This document shows, piece after piece, positions 10,601 through 17,306 of a stretch of 32,000 nt of DNA. The notes under the pieces are model-generated. The model did no database searches. It was not told where the DNA came from and worked only from the letters and a program-made list of their open reading frames with translations. The first letter of the stretch is position 1; every line of letters starts with the position of its first letter. Both the position numbers and the translations under genes were made by a program. Source of the DNA: Rhodoferax sp. (lineage in GTDB: Bacteria; Pseudomonadota; Gammaproteobacteria; Burkholderiales; Burkholderiaceae_C); NCBI GenBank assembly GCA_008015235.1, contig SSFF01000015.1, positions 58,727-90,726 of the forward strand. Reading direction: 5' to 3'.

Positions 10601-10680
10601 TTTTTTCCAAAAAAATTGAGCTGATGCGTTGTAAGCGTTGCTACATATAGATAGTTTGCTATTGATAATGTAGCTTTCAT

Positions 10681-10701
10681 GCTTGCACACCGCTTGCACA
10701 C
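10681..10701 (+). repeat. Two tandem GCTTGCACAC motifs (candidate integrase arm-type sites, attL side)
   Basis: GCTTGCACAC at 10681-10690 and 10692-10701. A third copy is at 11085-11094. Degenerate copies lie near the right end. Confidence 0.45.
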
Positions 10702-10750
10702 TTTTTCCCAAAAAGTTGCAACGATTACCACAGTTAAAATTGCGAAGAGT

Positions 10751-11033
10751 GGGGCGTTAGCTCAGTTGGTTAGAGCAGAGGACTCATAAAATTTTGTGCC
10801 ATACGATTGGGAAACTGCGTATGGGATGGCGTCAAATTCGATGAAACCTAAGTGCAGCAATGCATAGGGCAATGTCGAGCCAAGCTTCAGCGCTTTTGTG
10901 CTGTTGAAGGTGTAGAGACTAGACGGCGCCCACCTAAAGCGAAAGCAATGGTGAAGGCATAGTCCAGCGAGTGGCGAAAGTCACACAAAGCAGAATCCTT
11001 TGGTCGTTGGTTCAAGTCCAACACGCCCTACCA
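10751..11033 (+). tRNA. Island-borne tRNA(CAU) interrupted by a group I intron. Exons are 10751-10787 and 10994-11033. It resembles tRNA-Ile2 (lysidine) more than elongator Met.
   Basis: The joined exons give a 77-nt cloverleaf: GGGGCGT TA GCTC AGTTGGTTA GAGC A GAGGA CTCATAA TCCTT TGGTC GTTGG TTCAAGT CCAAC ACGCCCT A CCA. G27-U43, the TGGTC variable loop and the TTCAAGT T loop resemble E. coli ileX as I remember it. Confidence 0.85.
10788..10993 (+). ncRNA. Group I intron, IC3 / Azoarcus pre-tRNA-Ile type, 206 nt, in the anticodon loop after CAU
   Basis: Blocks match my memory of the Azoarcus ribozyme: GTGCC, GGGATGGCGTCAAATTCG, GAAACCTAAG, GAGCCAAGCTTC, GAAGGTGTAGAGACTAGACGGCGCCCACCTAA and GAAGGCATAGTCCAGCGAGTGGCGAAAGTCACACAAAGCAG. 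It ends in G (omega-G 10993). P2-like stem CCATACG/CGTATGG. GTG (10796-10798) can pair with exon CAU. Confidence 0.85.
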
Positions 11034-11084
11034 CTTCTTACAGTGAACTGGCTTTTATAAAAGCGCCAGCACTAGTGTCATTTC

Positions 11085-11094
11085 GCTTGCACAC
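11085..11094 (+). repeat. Third GCTTGCACAC motif, between the island tRNA and int
   Basis: Exact 10-mer match to 10681-10690. Confidence 0.4.
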
Positions 11095-11132
11095 TCATTG
11101 TCCACTGCGACGCATGAAGTTACAGTGTGCGC

Positions 11133-12494
11133 ATGCCTCCAAAAGTTGAATCAACACACGTCTTAATGGACAAAACGCTCGTGCTTTACAGGCGCGAACG
11201 TAGTGGCATTTGGCAGTGTCGTTACAAGGTTGCAGGCGTATGGCAACGAGCTACAACAAAAGAACGCGACATTGAAAAAGCAAAGGATCAGGCCAAGCGC
11301 TTGATGATTGAAGCTGAGTTGCGTAAGCGTGAGAACTTGCCAGTCATCACACGCAGATTTAGAGATGTTGCCAAGCTAGCTGTGCAGCGTTTGGAAGACG
11401 AGCAGAAGAACGGCAAGGGCAAGGTCATCTACAAGGATTACATCCGTGTCATCAACGACGTATGCGTGCCGTTTTTAGGCAAACGCAACATTACGACGAT
11501 TGACTACGCTGTATTGGATGAGTTTGAAACATGGCGTGCAGAGCAGATGGGCAAGGCACCCACACGTAGCACGTTAATGACGCAGAACGCAGCTTTGAAC
11601 AGGGTGTTTGATGAAGCTGTGATACGTGGCTTTTTGATGCAGGCGAACAAGCCCGTGCTTAAGGCAACTGGCAAGAAAAGCGAACGACACGCAGCGTTTG
11701 ACGTGAAAGAAACAAAGGCGCTGCTTGGCAATTTTGATGAGTGGATTGAGCGAGCAAAAAACGACGAAAGTAAAGAGCTGCGAATGCTCTTGCGCGACTA
11801 TGTCCATGCGCTATTAGACACAGGTGCAAGGCCTGGCGACGAGCTGCTGAACTTGAAGTGGAAGCAGGTCAAAGTTGCAATAAAGCCCACTGTTGTGAAG
11901 GAAGGCATTGAAGGCAACGAAGACGCAGTAGATGCACACAACCTGAATTTGAGCTGTGAACTAACGGTTACAGGGAAAACAGGCACACGCACGATGCTTG
12001 GCATGGAGCGCACAGTGAGAGCGTTGCAGCGGATTGCAAAGCGCAATTACAAAGAAGTTGGCGAGCCGCTAGCGCCGTTGAAGCATGTAGCGATTGCTAC
12101 GAACAATGACTACGTGTTCCGCACCAAAGCAAAGGTCAAACCTACGAGTTTTTCAAAGCTGTTTGACACGTACTTAGAAGAGCACAACTTGCTGATTGAC
12201 CCAGCTACGGAGCGCAAGCGTGTCTTCTATAGCCTGCGGCACACATATGCAACGCAAATGCTTACCAACGACGGTGTGCCAATCCACACGCTGGCTAAGC
12301 AAATGGGAACGAGCGTTGTAATGATTGAAAAACACTACAGCCACTTAAAGGCAGTGCAAGCTATTGAGCAACTGCGCGGCGAAGAGACACGCAAGTTGCT
12401 GGAGGCAGGTGGCGTGATTGATGAAATCTATAAAGCAAAGCCAGCGAAGAAGAATGCAAACAAATTGGTTCGCAAAAGTGAGTCAAAGTGCTGA
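11133..12494 (+). CDS. int: Tyrosine-type site-specific integrase
   Basis: LLDTGARPGDEL (box I Arg), YSLRHTYATQML (HxxR) and GTSVVMIEKHYSH (catalytic Tyr). It sits next to the left att end. The start is uncertain (GTG 11127, ATG 11133 or ATG 11166). Confidence 0.9.
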   Translation: MPPKVESTHVLMDKTLVLYRRERSGIWQCRYKVAGVWQRATTKERDIEKAKDQAKRLMIEAELRKRENLPVITRRFRDVAKLAVQRLEDEQKNGKGKVIYKDYIRVINDVCVPFLGKRNITTIDYAVLDEFETWRAEQMGKAPTRSTLMTQNAALNRVFDEAVIRGFLMQANKPVLKATGKKSERHAAFDVKETKALLGNFDEWIERAKNDESKELRMLLRDYVHALLDTGARPGDELLNLKWKQVKVAIKPTVVKEGIEGNEDAVDAHNLNLSCELTVTGKTGTRTMLGMERTVRALQRIAKRNYKEVGEPLAPLKHVAIATNNDYVFRTKAKVKPTSFSKLFDTYLEEHNLLIDPATERKRVFYSLRHTYATQMLTNDGVPIHTLAKQMGTSVVMIEKHYSHLKAVQAIEQLRGEETRKLLEAGGVIDEIYKAKPAKKNANKLVRKSESKC

Positions 12495-12545
12495 ATGGAT
12501 TGGCTATAAACTATTAAGTAGATTAAATATAGAAATGAATAAATT

Positions 12546-13055
12546 ATGTCAGCAAGAAAATCATACACAAGCGTTACTGTTAAGTTGACAGATGGGGATT
12601 TGTGCGATGTTAAAAGATACGTAGATAATTTAATTCGCAGACATGAAAACAATGAAGAGCGAATTGATGAAATTATTGTTATTAATGGAATAGGCTATAA
12701 GCGTGAAGAGATTTATGGCGTAAAAATTTTGCTTGATGAAATTTTGGATAATGATGGCGATTTCATCGAAAGTGATGCGTTGAAGATTGTTGAGTATGTT
12801 GCTCCATCAGATTTCGAAAAGTTTATTGGCGAAGATTTGTACGTAAAGAAAAATGTGGCGGAGTTGAAAATCCGTTTTATTGAATTGCAGTTGATACTGG
12901 ATTTTTTAGATCAGGTTAGGCTGCTATCAGAAATTGAAGAATCTAAGTATTCGTTATGTGAGGTAAATGATTTTACCTTGCCAGATAATTTAGAGAATGG
13001 CACAGATGCTGAAAAGGAGTTGTGGGAAAGCTATAACAGAAGAAATAGAAAATGA
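12546..13055 (+). CDS. Hypothetical acidic protein, 169 aa, very AT-rich gene
   Basis: Long ORF in AT-rich DNA where stop codons are frequent by chance. I recognise no motif. Confidence 0.55.
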   Translation: MSARKSYTSVTVKLTDGDLCDVKRYVDNLIRRHENNEERIDEIIVINGIGYKREEIYGVKILLDEILDNDGDFIESDALKIVEYVAPSDFEKFIGEDLYVKKNVAELKIRFIELQLILDFLDQVRLLSEIEESKYSLCEVNDFTLPDNLENGTDAEKELWESYNRRNRK

Positions 13056-13097
13056 TATGGGCTATCATTGGTGGTCAATTATCAATATATTTCGAAC

Positions 13098-13115
13098 ATC
13101 AAAGATATCTTTGAT
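13098..13115. promoter_or_regulatory. Perfect 18-bp palindrome ATCAAAGATATCTTTGAT upstream of the H-NS gene (candidate operator)
   Basis: Perfect dyad 50 nt upstream of the GTG start at 13165. Confidence 0.35.
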
Positions 13116-13164
13116 AAGAAGTCAACTATCATGTTGGCTCCAATAACTATCGTTTGGAGTAAAC

Positions 13165-13557
13165 GTGGCACGAACAACGTTGGAAACACAACTGGCAAAG
13201 CTGCGTAAGCAGCGTGAGGCAATTGAGGCGAAAGAAAAAGCCTTACTTGCAAGAGCAAATGACAAGGTGATTGCTGAAATCGTCGCCCTTGCAAAGAAGC
13301 ACAACGTGACGATTGAAGAGCTAAGCGATGCGATGGATACTGCAAAGCGAAAGCGTTCTGCTAAAGGTACACGTCATGCAGCTAAAGCCCCCCGCAAAGC
13401 TGCTAAAACTGCTGACAAGCGCGCCAAAGTTGCTCCCAAGTACCGTAATCCTGCGAACGCTGCTGAGACGTGGACAGGGCGTGGCCGTACGCCGTTGTGG
13501 GTGCAGGCACTGAAGACTGCAGGACAGTTGGAAACTGCAGTGATTGCCACTGAATAG
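13165..13557 (+). CDS. H-NS family nucleoid-associated protein (xenogeneic-silencer type)
   Basis: Coiled-coil N-terminus, Lys/Ala-rich linker and a C-terminal YRNPANAAETWTGRGRTPLWV motif (H-NS DNA-binding TWxGRGRxPxW). GGAG lies 6 nt before the GTG. Confidence 0.85.
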   Translation: MARTTLETQLAKLRKQREAIEAKEKALLARANDKVIAEIVALAKKHNVTIEELSDAMDTAKRKRSAKGTRHAAKAPRKAAKTADKRAKVAPKYRNPANAAETWTGRGRTPLWVQALKTAGQLETAVIATE

Positions 13558-13572
13558 CTTTTTTTGCATAGC

Positions 13573-13606
13573 AAAAAAGCCCACTGTTTAACGAGTGGGC
13601 TTTTTT
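13573..13606. terminator. Bidirectional intrinsic terminator between the H-NS gene and the ATPase gene
   Basis: A6-AGCCCACT-GTTTAACG-AGTGGGCT-T6: an 8-bp stem flanked by an A-run and a T-run. Confidence 0.75.
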
Positions 13607-13609
13607 GTT

Positions 13610-13628
13610 GTGTCGTTTTAAACGACAG
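13610..13628 (+). repeat. Hairpin motif copy A: GTGTCGTTTTAAACGACAG
   Basis: 17/19 identical to copies at 15157 and 16353. It overlaps the ATPase stop codon (TTA at 13618-13620 on the plus strand). Confidence 0.65.
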
Positions 13629-14310
13629 CTTGTGAAATTGATGCTGTTCGCAATCGTTGGACTTTTATGATCACTTGCACAATTGCATTCACAACATCTC
13701 GTGCAGAACCATTGAACGGTTCAATGATTTTTACCAACGTCGCATCTTTCACGCTGTTTATCCCAGCATCTGCCAGCATCCTCCGCGTCAGTGGCAGCCA
13801 CTTGCTGGCTGGCGCAGCATTGAATGGGATGCAGTGACAGCGATTGCGCACACCCATTTCGACTTTGTCGAAATAGTTAGTAGTCATTATGAATATCGTC
13901 TGCGGGATATTCATAACTGACTTCAATGTCTGCATGGCCGCAACATTCAAGTTGTCCACTTCGTCCAAAACGAAATAATGGTGACTGGCAAGAGGAAGCA
14001 GAACGGCTTGCTGTTCTAGTTTCGCCATCAACAGCGCTCCGTTGTTGCCTGGCTGTATTCGCTCAAAACGTTCGTTGGCAACGCCATTGCTGCGCATGGC
14101 TTCCATAGCGTTTGGCAGAAGTTGTGCGAGTGCGCTTTTGCCAGTGCCAGGCACACCGTATAGCAAGATGCCATTTTTGCCAGACAACGGAAACGGATGT
14201 GCACCGCAGATGAGATCGTCAACAAGCACCCGCTTGTCATCGTCTGCAAACACTATATCTGCAATGGATTTGGGGGCGTAGTCATTGGGATTGAACATCG
14301 TGTTCGTCAT
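13618..14310 (-). CDS. AAA+ ATPase, clamp-loader (RFC small subunit / DNA pol III delta-prime) like
   Basis: Walker A LLYGVPGTGKSALA, Walker B YFVLDEVDNL, then AMQTLKSVMNIPQTIFIMTTN and GVRNRCHCIPF (SRC-like sensor). ATG at 14310 is preceded by AGGAAG. Confidence 0.8.
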   Translation of the reverse strand: MTNTMFNPNDYAPKSIADIVFADDDKRVLVDDLICGAHPFPLSGKNGILLYGVPGTGKSALAQLLPNAMEAMRSNGVANERFERIQPGNNGALLMAKLEQQAVLLPLASHHYFVLDEVDNLNVAAMQTLKSVMNIPQTIFIMTTNYFDKVEMGVRNRCHCIPFNAAPASKWLPLTRRMLADAGINSVKDATLVKIIEPFNGSARDVVNAIVQVIIKVQRLRTASISQAVV

Positions 14311-14369
14311 AGTCTTCCTTTCTTCTTTTTTGATTCGCTGAGCAGCAATCACTACTCAGCTTTGAGCAA

Positions 14370-15224
14370 TCAGGCTGCTAGTGCTTCAGCAACAGCTTGT
14401 TCTTGTGCAGTGATGGTTAAAGTCGCATCGTTTGCTGCGACCTGTTCTGCGACTTGTGTTTTTGTCTCAGGCTTTGACTTACTTTCGCTGTGGTAGCTGG
14501 CCAGTGCAGCGTTCAATGCAGTGTCGCTTTGCACGACAGCCTGAACAGCGACAGTTCCATCTGCCTGCCAAGTTCCAATCAGCACGACCTGCGCGCCAAT
14601 CTTTCCTGCGTCAAGTTGTGCGCCCAACTGCAAGCCCACAGCGACGCCCATGCTTTTTGTTGCAATGCTGGCTTTAGCCTGCGCGGCCTTCTGCGTGGAA
14701 GATAGCGCGGTGCTGTTGGGTTTTTTGCCCAAGCGAATTGCCTCCACCCCGCCAGCATTGGTGATAAACGTCGCAATTTGATCTGCTGCAACTCCATCTT
14801 GCAGTGCTTTCTGCAGCACCACGCTATAGGCGCTGACACGGCGACGATCTGTGCCGTCATTGCTGGTGCTGTCGCTGAACACGCACTTGACGATCTTGCT
14901 GATCGTGTGGGTTGATTTGAGGAACTTATAGCCCTTTTTGTTGACGTAGTTGTTTAGCGCATCACGCAGCTTCTTTGCTTCATCCCCATCTACCCCCATA
15001 TCCTTGTATAGCTGGTAGCACTTTTGCAGCAAGGCGTACAACATTTCATTGCTCGTACGGTAGACAGTGGTTTCCCACGCCTGACGATCAATTGCCAGTT
15101 GCTCAATGCGTTCAAACGTGTACGTGGGCGCAATAGTGCTGGTGGCATTCGCTGCAGTGTCGTTTTGCACGACAGGCGCAGTGTTAGTGGAAGAAGAGGA
15201 CACGAGAGCGGTAGCGTTTTGCAT
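14370..15224 (-). CDS. Hypothetical protein, 284 aa, upstream partner of the AAA+ ATPase
   Basis: ATG at 15224 is preceded by AAGGAG. The Ser/Thr/Ala-rich termini carry the repeated peptide VVQ(N/S)DTA. I recognise no family. Confidence 0.65.
   Translation of the reverse strand: MQNATALVSSSSTNTAPVVQNDTAANATSTIAPTYTFERIEQLAIDRQAWETTVYRTSNEMLYALLQKCYQLYKDMGVDGDEAKKLRDALNNYVNKKGYKFLKSTHTISKIVKCVFSDSTSNDGTDRRRVSAYSVVLQKALQDGVAADQIATFITNAGGVEAIRLGKKPNSTALSSTQKAAQAKASIATKSMGVAVGLQLGAQLDAGKIGAQVVLIGTWQADGTVAVQAVVQSDTALNAALASYHSESKSKPETKTQVAEQVAANDATLTITAQEQAVAEALAA
14521..14539 (+). repeat. Hairpin motif copy B: GTGTCGCTTTGCACGACAG
   Basis: Inside the 284-aa gene, encoding AVVQSDT on the minus strand. 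Confidence 0.7.
15157..15175 (+). repeat. Hairpin motif copy C: GTGTCGTTTTGCACGACAG
   Basis: Inside the 284-aa gene, encoding PVVQNDT on the minus strand. Confidence 0.7.
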
Positions 15225-15371
15225 TTGGAACTCCTTAGTAATGCAAGTTAATAAAGACAGCGTCAATGTGTTTGCTGCCATCGCCGCATCAGTTTGTTGC
15301 TGCGATGTATGTAATGTATTTTTCATATCAACAATGTGCGATAGTTGAAATAGACGGTTATATTTACAGCT

Positions 15372-16352
15372 ATGAATAGAGCGCAACGTCATTTCTTCAA
15401 AGGACTTCCAAGCTTCGTTGCGCCCAACGACGACATGGAGATAGCTGAAGCGAGGGAGAGCATCTATTACTGGTGGTGGGCCTTTGCGCGGCTCAGTCCA
15501 GTGCTCTGGTATGCAAACCAGACAGGCTTGAAACCCATTGATCCAGCTATCGCAAAAGTGACAGAAGCGCTTGGCGATTTGTGGCGTTACCCAGCCTTTG
15601 GCGTGTGGTGGAAAACACGCGGCAGCAAGGTGTTTGCTGAATCAAAGCGACCAGCAAAGGTGCAGCAACTGGATCTTTCACTACTGCACGAACATCCCTT
15701 TGACAAAGACAAGATGTACGTGGAAGTGCCGCTGAATATTCGCCAGCAGACCATCGTTAGCCAATTCAAAAAGCTATTGGCGCAGGAGCATGAAGGGCGA
15801 GCATTAAATCTTGCAGCTCACAGCACCGCGCACTTGGCACTGCATACAAAGCGCTACAGGCTCAGCACCATTGAAAAGGAGTACTGGGTACTGCTTTACC
15901 GTCTGCTGTACCCAAATATTGAGATTTGGCGTATTGGTGACCGTCTGCAAGTAGCACCACACCTCAAAGTGCGTGACACAGCAGGTGCAGAGGCACTAAA
16001 GCGCAAGCATGCGCTCAATGCTGTCACTGGCCGCTACTACTACAAGGCCAGATTCACGTTGCTTAACTTGGAGCGCGACAGCTTTCCCAACTTCAGCGAA
16101 ATTCACGTCAGTAGTAGGAAGCAGCCATTTGGTAGTGAACACCAAAAAGCATTTCGCGCGGCGACGGAAGATGGAATTGATGGCAAAACCTCTGCATGGG
16201 CACAGTGGTTGAAGGACACTTATTTGGAAGAACTGCACAGAGAGGTCAAGCGCCGTGTCCCGCACTTGGAATACAACATGCGCAGGCCAGAGAGCAATGC
16301 GCGGCACCGCATTCCTGCCTTTGTGGCTGGTACCAGTGACTTGCTGGAGTAA
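15372..16352 (+). CDS. Hypothetical Trp-rich protein, 326 aa
   Basis: Long ORF divergent from the 284-aa gene. N-terminus contains IYYWWWAFARLSPVLWY. I recognise no family. Confidence 0.6.
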   Translation: MNRAQRHFFKGLPSFVAPNDDMEIAEARESIYYWWWAFARLSPVLWYANQTGLKPIDPAIAKVTEALGDLWRYPAFGVWWKTRGSKVFAESKRPAKVQQLDLSLLHEHPFDKDKMYVEVPLNIRQQTIVSQFKKLLAQEHEGRALNLAAHSTAHLALHTKRYRLSTIEKEYWVLLYRLLYPNIEIWRIGDRLQVAPHLKVRDTAGAEALKRKHALNAVTGRYYYKARFTLLNLERDSFPNFSEIHVSSRKQPFGSEHQKAFRAATEDGIDGKTSAWAQWLKDTYLEELHREVKRRVPHLEYNMRRPESNARHRIPAFVAGTSDLLE

Positions 16353-16373
16353 GTGTCGTTTTGCACGACACTT
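16351..16373 (+). repeat. Hairpin motif copy D, extended to a 9-5-9 dyad: AAGTGTCGT-TTTGC-ACGACACTT
   Basis: Starts within the stop codon of the 326-aa gene and ends 7 nt before the recombinase stop. It is intergenic between convergent genes. Confidence 0.7.
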
Positions 16374-16379
16374 GAGTTG

Positions 16380-16946
16380 CTAGACCAATTCCACTGCGTT
16401 GCGCTTCATGTCGTCATTCACATCAATGTATTTCTGTGTCACTGCGATGCTGCGATGACCAGCGAGACTTGCCAGCACACGTACGCCTACGCCTTTGCTT
16501 GCAAGGTTCGTAATAAACGACCTGCGGCCACTGTGGCTACTTGCGCCATCAATGCCTGCCTTGCGATACAGCCAAAAGAAGTGCTGCGTAAGTACGTTTG
16601 CAGTGAATGCCTTTCTACCTGCTGTAACAAACAAAGGTTGTTCTAAGTTGGTCACGCCACGTGCGAACATGTAGCGTTGTAGTTCTGTGCGCAGTTTTTC
16701 GCCAATAAACACAGTGCGAGGATGACGGCCTTTGGTTTGCTCCGCTGCCAAGCGAACTTCGTGTTTGACAGTTCCATCTGCATTCATTACGTCGCCCACT
16801 TTCAAACTTGCAATCTCCCCAACGCGCATGCCTGACCAAAAGCTCGTCAGCAGCATCACGCGATTGCGCAGTGCAAAGCTTCGCGTTGCTATATATGCAA
16901 GTACCTTGTCAATTTCTACTTGTGTAAGTGTTTTTGCTTGTGCCAT
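16380..16946 (-). CDS. Single-domain tyrosine recombinase, 188 aa (FimB/FimE-sized, catalytic domain only)
   Basis: SGMRVGEI (Arg), SSHSGRRSF (HxxR) and AGHRSIAVTQKY (His...Tyr). AAGGAG lies before the ATG. There is no N-terminal arm-binding or SAM-like domain. Confidence 0.85.
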   Translation of the reverse strand: MAQAKTLTQVEIDKVLAYIATRSFALRNRVMLLTSFWSGMRVGEIASLKVGDVMNADGTVKHEVRLAAEQTKGRHPRTVFIGEKLRTELQRYMFARGVTNLEQPLFVTAGRKAFTANVLTQHFFWLYRKAGIDGASSHSGRRSFITNLASKGVGVRVLASLAGHRSIAVTQKYIDVNDDMKRNAVELV

Positions 16947-17306
16947 TTTGTTGCTCCTTTGTGCTTAATAAATACGTGTGTTATTAATGTATTTTCTTAA
17001 GCAGGCATGGGCAACCAAATAATGCAAAGGTCGCTTAATTCATTTCTTATATAGACACCAAAGGAAATAGCAATAAGCTTTGGTGTTTGAGTATTTTTGT
17101 TTCCAGCCCTTTGCAGCACTTCTTCCTGTTCCTGCTGTCTATGCGTGCGCTGTCCCGTTTGCGTTGCTTGTAGCTTGTTTTGTGCGTTCGCTGCGCTGTT
17201 TTCAAACTGTAAGTGCTGGCAGTAATTTTTAGGCAAAGCGAAGCTAATTAAAGCTTCATGCAGCTTTAAGAGTTTCAGCAAGAGGCAAACGTGGCCAGTA
17301 ATGCTG

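Noticed and set aside
15225-15392. 56-codon N-terminal extension of the 284-aa ORF
   Set aside because: The ATG at 15224 has a strong AAGGAG RBS. The extension would run across the divergent promoter region and over the start of the 326-aa gene.
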